Origin: Patescibacteria group bacterium
GTDB lineage: Bacteria > Patescibacteriota > Minisyncoccia > Phycocordibacterales > SBAW01
Reading direction: 5' to 3'
Length of the DNA stretch: 64,000 nt
NCBI GenBank assembly: GCA_016176685.1
Contig: JACOWS010000003.1
Location: 10,871 to 74,870 of the forward strand
Shown: positions 9,413 to 17,930 of the stretch, piece by piece
How positions within the stretch are numbered: position 1 is the stretch's first letter
Layout: each line of letters starts with the position of its first letter
Notes under the pieces: generated by a model
Databases searched by the model: none
What the model saw: only the letters and a program-made list of their open reading frames with translations
Told to the model about the DNA's origin: nothing
Program-made: the position numbers and the translations under genes

Positions 9413-9901
9413 CTATACTTCCTTACTCTTTCCTTTCCCGACTCGCTCCAGTACTGCCGAGAGGCCTTTTGGACTTTTTGCCGGTGGCTCCGCCACCTTG
9501 TACTCGCCGGGGATGAGTTTTAAAAAGCGCTCAAGCCGCTCTTTGAGCATCCCAAACTCCATGTACTTGTACCGCCCCCAAAGAAACAGGTCGACTTTTA
9601 CCCGGTGGCCCTCGGCGAGCCATGCGGCCGCTTTTTTGGCTTTGAGGTTAAGATCGTGCTCGCCGGTGCCCACCTTAACCTGGACCGACTTGGTCTCGGT
9701 TATGTGTGATTTTGCCTTTATTTCCCGGCGTTTTTTCTGCTGCTCGTACTGGAATTTACCATACTCCATTATTTTTGCAACCGGGGGCTTGGCGTTTGGC
9801 GATATCTCTATAAGGTCGAGCCCGGCTTCCTCGGCGCGGCCCAGGGCCTCGCTTAGGGTAAGCAGGCCAAAGTTTTCCCCCTCGGGGCCTATAACGCGCA
9901 T
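9413..9901 (-). CDS. infC: translation initiation factor IF-3
   Basis: ...IRAKEMRVIGPEGENFGLLTLSEALGRAEEAGLDLIEI... matches IF-3. I took the ATG at 9901. IF-3 often uses a non-canonical upstream start, so the 5' end is uncertain. Confidence 0.8.
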   Translation of the reverse strand: MRVIGPEGENFGLLTLSEALGRAEEAGLDLIEISPNAKPPVAKIMEYGKFQYEQQKKRREIKAKSHITETKSVQVKVGTGEHDLNLKAKKAAAWLAEGHRVKVDLFLWGRYKYMEFGMLKERLERFLKLIPGEYKVAEPPAKSPKGLSAVLERVGKGKSKEV

Positions 9902-10050
9902 CTCCTTGGCGCGGATCTGATGGTTAGAGCGAAAATGGTCCAAAGCAGTGTTACAAGCACTATAGCATAGATGCCTCTTGTTGTACAAACAAAACAGCGC
10001 ACCCAGAATTTACCCTGGCGCGCTGTACATCTTTGTGGGGGCGGAGGGAT

Positions 10051-10341
10051 CTATACCTCCGCCTCGGCGTCTGCCTCGACTTTGGCCAGCGCATCGAGCG
10101 CGGCGGCGGCAAAGCGGTTGGTTACCATGTACCCCGCCTTCTTTTCGTCTTGGCCTAAGTTGAAGCGCTTGCACGCGCCGACAATTACCCGGCTCATCAT
10201 CTGGCGGTTTGCCAGCTCGGGCGCCAAGGCAGTGATAACTTGGAATATCCCTTCGAGCCGGTAGGAAAGCCCGCCCTGCTTTGGCCTATGGGACGCCATG
10301 AGCCGCACAAACTTCTTGGTGATGTCATCCACTTTAACCAT
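10051..10341 (-). CDS. hypothetical 96 aa protein upstream of infC
   Basis: Clean ORF with protein-like composition. No family recognised. Confidence 0.4.
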   Translation of the reverse strand: MVKVDDITKKFVRLMASHRPKQGGLSYRLEGIFQVITALAPELANRQMMSRVIVGACKRFNLGQDEKKAGYMVTNRFAAAALDALAKVEADAEAEV

Positions 10342-10356
10342 AACCTGTATCCTCCT

Positions 10357-10641
10357 CTATGGTTTAAGTTTGCTCCTCGGCACCTCCCACCACTCCTTGG
10401 TGTGCCAATAAGATTCTCCCATCGCCATATAAATGGCGAAGGAAAGAATCAAAGCTCCCCAATCGGGAATGGCGCCGATTGCCCAGAAAAACGCGGGCAG
10501 AAAAAAGCCAAACACCACCCCCCGCAATATAAAGACCAACCGCGGCCCTTGGTAGGGGGCATGTATGTCCCGCTCTTTGAAGTGCTTGACCGCTACCCAT
10601 AACCAAATAAGGAAGCGGAACCTGTTGAGTAAGTTTAACAT
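10357..10641 (-). CDS. hypothetical small membrane protein
   Basis: Hydrophobic stretches (FGFFLPAFFWAIGAIPDWGALILSFAIYMA). An alternative overlapping frame 10364-10711 exists, so the frame choice is uncertain. Confidence 0.35.
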   Translation of the reverse strand: MLNLLNRFRFLIWLWVAVKHFKERDIHAPYQGPRLVFILRGVVFGFFLPAFFWAIGAIPDWGALILSFAIYMAMGESYWHTKEWWEVPRSKLKP

Positions 10642-10810
10642 TGCACAACCTCCGCAAATGAGATGGTACTGAATCTAGCTGCACTATACTGCGCTCATGT
10701 TGAGATGGCAACCTACCGCTAGTGACTTAAGGCCTCATCCTTATGTAACAAGTAAATCCATAAAGATTAAACCTTGATACGGGAGATATAGGAGTCTAAT
10801 TGGTTGTATA

Positions 10811-10836
10811 AAGTGACTTGATATATCAAGTCACTT
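10811..10836. promoter_or_regulatory. perfect 26-bp palindrome AAGTGACTTGATATATCAAGTCACTT (copy 1 of 3)
   Basis: Read directly. Lies between the YerC-like gene and the next minus-strand gene. Confidence 0.7.
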
Positions 10837-10917
10837 TTCCTAACTATATTTATGTCTGCGTCGCGTTTGTTAGTTTGTTCAATCTGTTAGTTTGTTCAAA
10901 AACTCTTTCAACTTCCC

Positions 10918-11337
10918 TTACTTTTTGCTGCGAGGAAATGGAAACAGTATAAAATGACCAGGGTATTTTTTCTTTAAACGGAATAAGGCGCTCTGCGCGT
11001 ACTGTTTTCTGAAATTTCGTTTCTCTATCTCTTTTTCAAGTTCTGCTATGGCTTGTTCGTAGCCGGGGAACTGGTCGAGGAGCCATCGTTGCACGCGCCA
11101 CACCGTGTCCTTGCCAACACGCAATTGCGCTTCTATAGCCCGTTGAGAATCTCCCGCAATAAGTTTGCGCGCAATGAGAATCCTCCGACCAAGCATGATC
11201 CTCTCGCTCTCTGTTAGAAGGTCGCGTAAAAAGAGCTTCATAGCTTGACGGCCCTTCACAGCCCCGGCGGCAGTATATAGCGAATCCAAAACCTCGATGC
11301 GCTGTTTTTCTGTCAGTTGTTTTGCCCGCACTTTCAT
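10918..11337 (-). CDS. TrpR-like / YerC-YecD family DNA-binding protein
   Basis: ...TESERIMLGRRILIARKLIAGDSQRAIEAQLRVGKDTVWRVQRWL... resembles the YerC/YecD (TrpR-related) HTH family. ATG at 11337; the upstream GTG at 11358 is the alternative start. Confidence 0.55.
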   Translation of the reverse strand: MKVRAKQLTEKQRIEVLDSLYTAAGAVKGRQAMKLFLRDLLTESERIMLGRRILIARKLIAGDSQRAIEAQLRVGKDTVWRVQRWLLDQFPGYEQAIAELEKEIEKRNFRKQYAQSALFRLKKKYPGHFILFPFPRSKK

Positions 11338-11375
11338 ACAGCGGCTACTGTAGCACACACTACCGTCTACTATAC

Positions 11376-11403
11376 TAAGTGACTTGATATATCAAGTCAC
11401 TTA
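11376..11403. promoter_or_regulatory. perfect 28-bp palindrome TAAGTGACTTGATATATCAAGTCACTTA (copy 2 of 3), ~40 bp upstream of the YerC-like start
   Basis: Read directly. Same core as 10811-10836. Confidence 0.7.
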
Positions 11404-11446
11404 GCTAGTGGGAAAATAGGAAGAAAGTGGTATAAGCGGGAGTGAA

Positions 11447-11854
11447 CTATCGTCCAAACCAGGTTTGCCGACCCACCTTGAGCATATAACCGAGCGTATT
11501 CCCCAGTACTGCGACCCCTACAAGGCCGAGGTACATAAGAGGAGGCACACTCGGCGGATACCAATAATCCCAGAGAGTAAATAAAAAAATCAGTACAAAA
11601 AAAATATAATCAACCCTTTTTCCTATTATTCCGTAAATAATTCCGCCCCAAAATACCGAAGCTAGTAAAGATGCAATTTCCCAATCAGCAAGGGTAAAGC
11701 CAAAGAAACCAGGCGGTTTTTGGTAATAAAAAATATTGTGATTGAACTCATGAAATGGAAATGCGGTAAAAATTCCCAACATTAGTACGATAACTAAAAG
11801 CAAGATCCTTAACAGTATGTCCCACGCTAATGTAGTTCGTTTTCCCGAAACCAT
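11447..11854 (-). CDS. hypothetical polytopic membrane protein
   Basis: 135 aa, very hydrophobic (LLRILLLVIVLMLGIFTAF..., FFVLIFLFTLWDYWY). Confidence 0.45.
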   Translation of the reverse strand: MVSGKRTTLAWDILLRILLLVIVLMLGIFTAFPFHEFNHNIFYYQKPPGFFGFTLADWEIASLLASVFWGGIIYGIIGKRVDYIFFVLIFLFTLWDYWYPPSVPPLMYLGLVGVAVLGNTLGYMLKVGRQTWFGR

Positions 11855-13971
11855 GTTATATCTTGATTTAATAAGTCTACGGCTTCTTGCGTGTTGCTTT
11901 TGTGGTTTATTAACTTCTCCATTCGGTCAAGTGTTGCCTTGATAGATGTATTGATACCCCGCAGAGATTTATCGGAAGGTTTTTTATTTTTATCCGGACT
12001 CTGCCCCATACTATCACGGGTTTTAAACAGCTTTCCGAGCAAGCGGCAGTCTGCAAGCAGGCGCGTATAGACCGACTTTTTAGTTATCCAATGGTTGAGG
12101 TATGCCGTCTCTACGTCCTGTACGCATTTTTTTGGCGTCACCTCTTGCGGAGGAGTGTCTATCGTTATGATAACCGTTGTGGTGGTCGGGGAAAGGGCCA
12201 GCGTGTGGTCTATAACTTCGCCTGGTGTCGTGGCCCCGGTTAGCTCGGTTTGCGTAGTGGTGGCAAGGTTTGAGTAGCTGGAAACTATAGTGTACTCACC
12301 GCCGCCGCCTGTCCCCACTGTTTCTACCTTATACTCGCCCGGCAGGGGGTTGGGGATAATGGCGTACTCGTTGTCGGAGTTAAAGCCGGAGTAAAAGGCA
12401 TCGGGGATCTCGCTCCACTCGGTATTGTTTGCAAAGTTCTTCCCCAGCCGTTTGCCATCGGGGGCGACCACTTGCATATCTATGGGGGAAAATAGTTGCA
12501 GGTAGAGAAAAGAGGTTACCGGGTTGTATATCTTGCCTACAATAGTGTCCGGCGCACGGCTGTTGAATGCCTCGAATATATACCCCGCACTGCTGGAGGC
12601 GACACTGTTGTGGTCGTTGTCATAAAAGGTTTTGTCGGGGCCAAACATAAATTCCGAACTATCTTGCGGCACGGTGCCATCGCCATCGCTAAAGAGCGTG
12701 CTGGTTGGCTCGCCATGTTCCCACCGCGGCGGGTTTGTAGAGGGCGCTACCTCGTAGCCGTTTTGGGTGCTTTGGCCCGCCGCAGTTGCCACGGTAAGTC
12801 TTGCGCCTCCTATAGAAAAACCTCCACTCCAAAGGTCTACCGGAAGGTTGATCTGCAAGCTTTCTAAAAAATTGTTGGCTGGATGGCCGGTGGGGTAGAT
12901 GGGTGTGGTGGTGGCTGTGCGCAGGTAGCTGTAGATGGGCATAAGCTCCTGCACGGAGAGTATCGGCTTGCCTTGTATGTAGTCGAAAATACTTGAGTAG
13001 CCATTTTTACGAGCTTCTAAATAAAATTTAATTTGTGCCAGAGCATTGTAGGCTATCTTACCGAAATCAAACTCCCCTCCCTCCCACGCCTTGTACGCCA
13101 GTGGCGCTCCCGCCTGTGGGACAGCCAAAAGCACCAACTGGTCGATGTCATGCTGGTAGCCGTCGCCTGCGATATAGTACTCGGCCGCCAACCCGCCCAT
13201 CGAGTGTGCGATAACATCAACCTTGCCGCACCCGCAGGCAGTTTTTATCTCCTGTATTTTCTGCCCCAGCTGGTAGGCGGTGTCAATGTTGGTCTGCTCC
13301 CAGTCGTAGGGAAAAGGGAAGAGCGTTTGCCCATCAACATAGCCGTTTGCCCGCAGGGTGTCGAGCAGGTTGTCGTAGGTGTGGAGCACCGGGTCCATGA
13401 GCCACACCCCATCCTTTTCCCACGAGCCCAAAATTCCCGGTACTACCACCACGGGTTCAAAGTCTTCTACTGGCTTGGGCCCCCACTGCCACGGCAGGAG
13501 GTAGAAGTTTTGCCCCAAGACCGCCCCAGCCGGCATGGTAGAGGTAACACCCAGCAGGTAGTCGATAAGTGGAGTTGGCCCCTGGTCGAGCGAAACTTCG
13601 TAGATAACTGCAAAGTACTTGTCGTTCACCGCAGGCGTGCCAAATATATTGGGGTACTGCGACATGAGTGTCCCAGGATAGTTTTCTGTATCGCCGCCTA
13701 CAGTAGTCGCCCCCACGCCGGGCACACCCTTCAGCAAGAGGAGCTGCTTGTTGCCCGAAAGGGTAGCGGGTACCGAGTATGTACACTGGCCATTGTTTGC
13801 AATGTAGTGTTTGTTTGGTTCGAAGGAGGAGGTATAGGGACCGCAATAAAAGAAGAACTGGGTTGCAAAATAAGGATCTGAAGACTGGTTGATGACGTTG
13901 GCGCTTGCCGCCGGCACCCCGGCTAAAAGGAACAGTAACCCGGCCAGTGCCGTGTATCCAATGCCATTCAT
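11827..13971 (-). CDS. secreted lipase, class-2 (LipA-like) alpha/beta hydrolase with large extra domains
   Basis: Signal peptide (MNGIGYTALAGLLFLLAGVPAASA). GxSxG nucleophile elbow in VDVIAHSMGGLAAEYYI, the AHSMGG of the B. subtilis LipA family. The ~700 aa length implies extra domains. Confidence 0.55.
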   Translation of the reverse strand: MNGIGYTALAGLLFLLAGVPAASANVINQSSDPYFATQFFFYCGPYTSSFEPNKHYIANNGQCTYSVPATLSGNKQLLLLKGVPGVGATTVGGDTENYPGTLMSQYPNIFGTPAVNDKYFAVIYEVSLDQGPTPLIDYLLGVTSTMPAGAVLGQNFYLLPWQWGPKPVEDFEPVVVVPGILGSWEKDGVWLMDPVLHTYDNLLDTLRANGYVDGQTLFPFPYDWEQTNIDTAYQLGQKIQEIKTACGCGKVDVIAHSMGGLAAEYYIAGDGYQHDIDQLVLLAVPQAGAPLAYKAWEGGEFDFGKIAYNALAQIKFYLEARKNGYSSIFDYIQGKPILSVQELMPIYSYLRTATTTPIYPTGHPANNFLESLQINLPVDLWSGGFSIGGARLTVATAAGQSTQNGYEVAPSTNPPRWEHGEPTSTLFSDGDGTVPQDSSEFMFGPDKTFYDNDHNSVASSSAGYIFEAFNSRAPDTIVGKIYNPVTSFLYLQLFSPIDMQVVAPDGKRLGKNFANNTEWSEIPDAFYSGFNSDNEYAIIPNPLPGEYKVETVGTGGGGEYTIVSSYSNLATTTQTELTGATTPGEVIDHTLALSPTTTTVIITIDTPPQEVTPKKCVQDVETAYLNHWITKKSVYTRLLADCRLLGKLFKTRDSMGQSPDKNKKPSDKSLRGINTSIKATLDRMEKLINHKSNTQEAVDLLNQDITWFRENELH

Positions 13972-14105
13972 GGTGTGGGCATACAAGCACAACGAAAACC
14001 TGGATGCAACCCCTATCCACAGATTGCGGTAAAACCGTCTGTATAGCGAAAGATTGGTGATACCATTAATCGCATTAGTAACGTTAATTTAAAATCTATT
14101 TTCAT

Positions 14106-14534
14106 ATGAGTCACTACTCTCTCCGTGAGCTGGCGAAGTTCGCTTCGGGGCTCGTTACAGCCGACTTTTTGTGGATGCTCTGGTTCTCACAGACCAAAAT
14201 AGCATCCATAACCTTTATGGGCGCTACCTTTACTCAAGCCATGGTCGGCCCCGGGTTGGTATTCGACATCGCCTTGTTTTTGATGCTGGTGCACTACGGC
14301 TGGCACATCGGCAAGATACCCGGCATGCGCGAGCATACCTATGTGCTGGTTGCCGGGTCGCTCTTTACCGTGGTTGCCGTAACACACCTCTTTAGGATAT
14401 TTACCGGCAGCGACCTTATTATCATGGGGTGGGACTCGCCGTTGTGGCTCTCTTGGCTTGGGGTGGCGGTTACGAGCTACCTGGCGTACTTGAGCTTCCA
14501 CTTCGCGATGTTCGGCGGCATAAGACACAAGTAA
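14106..14534 (+). CDS. hypothetical membrane protein
   Basis: 142 aa with several hydrophobic helices. Confidence 0.45.
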   Translation: MSHYSLRELAKFASGLVTADFLWMLWFSQTKIASITFMGATFTQAMVGPGLVFDIALFLMLVHYGWHIGKIPGMREHTYVLVAGSLFTVVAVTHLFRIFTGSDLIIMGWDSPLWLSWLGVAVTSYLAYLSFHFAMFGGIRHK

Positions 14535-14552
14535 AAACGATAGTGCAAAAGT

Positions 14553-14777
14553 ATGTCGTATAAAACCATAGAGGTGTCTCCGTTGCACCGCTTTTTGCTT
14601 GCTAACACAAACATGGCATGGTTTTGGCTCTTGGTGCGGCTCTACTTGGGGTGGGGGTGGCTCACGGCAGGGTGGGGCAAGGTGCAAAACCCGGCGTGGG
14701 TGGGGAGCGACGCGGGTACAATGAAAACCGCCGCCCCACTGGGGCGGCGGTTTGTTGAGTGTGCAAAAACAATTTGA
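14553..14777 (+). CDS. DoxX-like membrane protein, apparently truncated N-terminal fragment
   Basis: WFWLLVRLYLGWGWLTAGWGK resembles the first helix of the DoxX family. The ORF stops after 74 aa, just before repeat copy A. Confidence 0.3.
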   Translation: MSYKTIEVSPLHRFLLANTNMAWFWLLVRLYLGWGWLTAGWGKVQNPAWVGSDAGTMKTAAPLGRRFVECAKTI

Positions 14778-14786
14778 ATCCAGTGT

Positions 14787-14812
14787 TGTCTAGGTGAGAT
14801 ACATGGAAGAAG
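14787..14812 (+). repeat. 26-bp direct repeat copy A: TGTCTAGGTGAGATACATGGAAGAAG
   Basis: 24/26 identical to 15637-15662. Each copy is followed ~25-30 bp later by TTGGTTTTT(G/C)AAAA(T/G)AAA(A) and a terminator hairpin. Confidence 0.6.
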
Positions 14813-14870
14813 CCTGCCCGTACCGAACGGCACGTTCGGGCGGGTTAGAACCTGTTGGTTTTTGAAAATA

Positions 14871-14895
14871 AAGCCGCCTGTTCGAGAGGCGGCTT
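14871..14895 (-). terminator. rho-independent terminator of the 14897-15472 gene (AAGCCGCC-loop-GGCGGCTT, then a T-run on the minus strand)
   Basis: Hairpin immediately 3' of the stop on the minus strand, followed by TTATTTTCAAAAA. Confidence 0.55.
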
Positions 14896-14896
14896 G

Positions 14897-15472
14897 CTAA
14901 GTTTTTGGCATCGCGAGCAGAGTGGATTTTGCTTTGTAGTCCCGCCTCATGTTTTTGAGAGTCGCAACTTCCAGATCACCACCGGCTCCATATACGGATA
15001 TGAACAAACCCGAGCCGACGAAGATGGCAGCGTGGTGGAAGTGATTTCCATACGAGCAGAAAAATACAGTCGAACCTACCGGTATCAACCATGGCCGCTT
15101 CGTTAGTCGCCAGAACTTCAACATAAGAGGGACTTTGTGTATTTCGAGCCCCTCGACCATGTTGGCGAACGCATAGCAGTCGAATGATATGTCCTGCTTC
15201 GCATGGTATGTACGAAGAAAATGAAGAATGGCTAGCTTAAGGTTTTCAGGCAACTTAAAGCGTCTCAACCAAAGCCTCTTTGCAAACACAATCTCCACAT
15301 CACTCAAATTATCGGGCGGTTTGTAGTCTTGAAGACTGACGAAACCACCTTCCTCGCGCACAAACACCCCCTTAACCGTCATCGTCTGGCCGTCTGCCGT
15401 GATGATTTTTTGGTTGCGAGGACTCACGTAGATGGTAAGCATCGTAAGTCTCCTATTATGAACTTCTGTCAC
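14897..15472 (-). CDS. hypothetical protein, possible NlpC/P60-like Cys-His hydrolase
   Basis: 191 aa. FDCYAFANMV ... GNHFHHAAIFVGSGLFISVYG has the Cys-then-His order of NlpC/P60-type papain-fold enzymes. Weak, motif-level only. Confidence 0.4.
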   Translation of the reverse strand: MTEVHNRRLTMLTIYVSPRNQKIITADGQTMTVKGVFVREEGGFVSLQDYKPPDNLSDVEIVFAKRLWLRRFKLPENLKLAILHFLRTYHAKQDISFDCYAFANMVEGLEIHKVPLMLKFWRLTKRPWLIPVGSTVFFCSYGNHFHHAAIFVGSGLFISVYGAGGDLEVATLKNMRRDYKAKSTLLAMPKT

Positions 15473-15636
15473 GCACTATACAACAGAATCAGCAACTACG
15501 GAAGCCCTCGATACTTCCATGTTTTTCTACATAGTTCTATATCAGTGGAAACTAATGAATGACGTTAGAACCTCTTTGAATGAAAACGAAAATATGATGT
15601 ATATACTTGGTTTGCAGGAATGTGTAAAAACATTCG

Positions 15637-15662
15637 ACTCGCGGGCTGTCTAGGTGAGATAC
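15637..15662 (+). repeat. 26-bp direct repeat copy B: TGTCTAGGTGAGATACGTGGAAGAGG
   Basis: See copy A. Lies ~170 bp upstream (minus-strand sense) of the 14897-15472 gene start. Confidence 0.6.
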
Positions 15663-15691
15663 GTGGAAGAGGTTATAACCCATTGGTTTTT

Positions 15692-15717
15692 CAAAAGAAA
15701 AAGACCGTTGGGCGAAC
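15692..15717 (-). terminator. rho-independent terminator of the 15741-16076 gene
   Basis: AGACCG...CGGTCT hairpin followed on the minus strand by TTTTTCTTTTG. Confidence 0.5.
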
Positions 15718-15740
15718 CATACGGTCTTCGGTTTGTGGGA

Positions 15741-16076
15741 TTAACGACGAGATTTGATGTTGCCTGACATAGTGTTGACACTGCCACCGATCGCGCCGCC
15801 ACAGTCCACGTTTCCCGACATGGTCTGCACGGAGCCATCAATGTTACCGCCGACATCCACGTCACCACTCTGGGTTGCGACACTGCCGACATCCCCGGTG
15901 ACAGAGATCTTCTGGCAGGCATCGGCCTCGAGCCGCTCAACATTGCCGGTCACGGAGATGTTGATCTCCTTTGCGTCCGGTGTGACGTCCTTGCCGTCGA
16001 CGATCACCTTACCGTTGCGGATGGTGACGTTACGGCCGCCGGTGATGGTGACACCGTTTACAACGATTGTATTCAT
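15741..16076 (-). CDS. Gly/Val/Asp-rich repeat protein (bactofilin / DUF2807-like beta-helical repeats)
   Basis: Internal repeats GNVD.GG.I.GSV.TMSGN. Confidence 0.45.
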   Translation of the reverse strand: MNTIVVNGVTITGGRNVTIRNGKVIVDGKDVTPDAKEINISVTGNVERLEADACQKISVTGDVGSVATQSGDVDVGGNIDGSVQTMSGNVDCGGAIGGSVNTMSGNIKSRR

Positions 16077-16409
16077 GGGCTAGGCCATCCTTTCTGGATT
16101 GAAGTTTTGCGCTAGGAACTGTAGGCATTATAATGTATACCTACTAATATGTCAAGAAAAGTAAAACATGACCATAAACAAGGGCATTTTTATTCTTCCA
16201 TATTGTTCTATGTCTGTGGACTTGGTGGCCGAAAGTTGGAACCACCTACATCTATGGGTTTTGGAAGCGTCTGAGGCGATTTTAGGGGCTTCCGGCTCCG
16301 CCGTAGCCCTTGAGAACAAGCAATATCAAGGCGGATAGGGTATCACATGACAGTATCTAAACCATGGGAGGGGCTCTCACTGGTAACAGCGTAATAACAG
16401 CGGAAATTG

Positions 16410-16919
16410 CTATCCTATGGGAAGTTTAGAAACGATTGGTTTTATTTCAAGAGGTATTCCGTTTGTATTCTCGAACTCGTCCTTTCCGTCCCTTTTTACC
16501 TCTACATCAAAGCGATAACTACCGGGTATAGTCACAGGCATCCCGTTTGACCTAATTCGGAAACGAACCCTTTTTGATTCTCTAGGGAAATTAGCTGTAG
16601 CAATGGTCTGCTGAATTACTTTATTAGTAGGGTCTATCACCTTGAGACTAAAATCGAAGCTCAGTGCATCATTTATTCCATCAATATCTAAAGTGCGCGT
16701 CCAAAGGAGCACTATCTCATAGTCGGCCGGTATTATTATAATTTTTTTTGTTTTAACGTGTTCATCAAAAGCTCCCTGGGGAATATTGAGCTGTTCGATA
16801 ATATTAAATAACGAAAGATTATTTCTTTCGTTATCGATTGATGAGAGGCTGCACAGGTGACCCCAAAGGCATCTGACTGGAGCTACGGGGTGACCCTTTT
16901 GCTTGGAGGGTGACGCCAT
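16410..16919 (-). CDS. hypothetical protein, third gene of the DUF4258-DUF2283 operon
   Basis: 169 aa ORF. Starts 4 nt after the DUF2283 stop. AT-rich codon usage. No family recognised. Confidence 0.4.
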   Translation of the reverse strand: MASPSKQKGHPVAPVRCLWGHLCSLSSIDNERNNLSLFNIIEQLNIPQGAFDEHVKTKKIIIIPADYEIVLLWTRTLDIDGINDALSFDFSLKVIDPTNKVIQQTIATANFPRESKRVRFRIRSNGMPVTIPGSYRFDVEVKRDGKDEFENTNGIPLEIKPIVSKLPIG

Positions 16920-16922
16920 GTG

Positions 16923-17213
16923 CTAGTTTGCTTCAACGAGTTCAGGTTTATAACCAAATTTCTCTTGGGCTATTTCGAGCCTTGGAATATCTTTTCCTAA
17001 AGACTTGGTCTCAAAATATCCTATAAACTCATTTCCAACCGCAGAGACACCAATCTCATGTTCTGAAGCATCCAATATTTCAATTCCTATGACACTCTCA
17101 TCACTTGCGTAATCTACTATGAGCCAATCTTCGATAGGTTCCGTCTTAGCGATTTTTCCCCGCTTAAAAGTTATATATTTAGTATCAACACTCTTATCGT
17201 ATTCGATTTTCAT
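16923..17213 (-). CDS. DUF2283 family protein (putative antitoxin-like partner)
   Basis: MKIEYDKSVDTKYITFKRGKIAKTEPIEDW... is the characteristic DUF2283 N-terminus (MKIxYDxExDxLYI). Confidence 0.55.
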   Translation of the reverse strand: MKIEYDKSVDTKYITFKRGKIAKTEPIEDWLIVDYASDESVIGIEILDASEHEIGVSAVGNEFIGYFETKSLGKDIPRLEIAQEKFGYKPELVEAN

Positions 17214-17215
17214 AG

Positions 17216-17428
17216 TTAATATGTGGTTACGATAATAATTTTAGATTTTGTCTCTTTGTATATGACCATCAGGGCGTTACCGTTAGCTAGTGTTCCAACC
17301 GCTTTTATTCTACCATTTGCTTGTTTCACAGTGGCTGACGGTGAGTCGATTATAGTCCTTACCTGAGGGGCTGTTATGCCACGCAACTTCATTCTCTTCC
17401 TAGCGTGGGGTGAATATACCACTTTCAT
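17216..17428 (-). CDS. DUF4258 family protein (putative toxin-like partner)
   Basis: 70 aa. MKVVYSPHARKRMKLRGIT...VIYKETKSKIIIVTTY resembles DUF4258. Lies 3 nt upstream of the DUF2283 gene. Confidence 0.55.
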   Translation of the reverse strand: MKVVYSPHARKRMKLRGITAPQVRTIIDSPSATVKQANGRIKAVGTLANGNALMVIYKETKSKIIIVTTY

Positions 17429-17512
17429 AATGCGTTGTCCTGCATGTTATAATGGATTGAAAACTACACGTTGGCAAGAGCGGGAAGATAACATTTTGAT
17501 TCTTATCAAATT

Positions 17513-17893
17513 ATGAGAGGCGGATACAGACAAGGAGCGGGGAGGAAACAAGGCTTTGCGGCCAAAAGTGCCGAGGAGACTCGCCGGATACTCTCGGAGA
17601 TGGTTATGAGCGAGATTAAGCCCATTGGGAAGGCTCTTATCGCTAAGGCCAAGAAGGGAGATGTAATGGCGGTGCGAGAGCTTTTTGACCGTGCATGGGG
17701 CAAAGCTCCTCAGGTGTCTAAAATTGACCTCACAGATGAAAGGCTACCAACTCCAATCCTAGTTACTTTTTCGCAAGAAGCTGAGGATAGGTATGCTCAT
17801 CTGCAAGAGAATGTGGTAACAATTGACAAAACAGTTGCTGAAAAGCATGGAATTCAGGCAATTTATGGGGGGGCAGAGTGTGCACTCGGTTGA
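17513..17893 (+). CDS. hypothetical protein, possibly phage-derived
   Basis: 126 aa. Basic N-terminus MRGGYRQGAGRKQGF reminiscent of small phage DNA-binding/terminase-small proteins. Weak. Confidence 0.4.
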   Translation: MRGGYRQGAGRKQGFAAKSAEETRRILSEMVMSEIKPIGKALIAKAKKGDVMAVRELFDRAWGKAPQVSKIDLTDERLPTPILVTFSQEAEDRYAHLQENVVTIDKTVAEKHGIQAIYGGAECALG

Positions 17894-17930
17894 TATTGCT
17901 AAATAGCTAAATAAGGGCTACAACAGGTTT

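Noticed and set aside
12496-13881. Plus-strand ORFs (12496-12867, 13033-13881) opposite the lipase gene
   Set aside because: Antisense to a well-supported 700-aa secreted hydrolase ORF. No motifs.
14840-14866. GGGCGGGTTAGAACC resembling the tmRNA T-arm region as a possible att site (also GGCCGAAAGTTGGAACCACC at 16227-16246)
   Set aside because: Only ~14/16 matches. It is part of a local hairpin (CCGAACG-GCA-CGTTCGG) and is not an exact direct repeat as expected for an attachment site.
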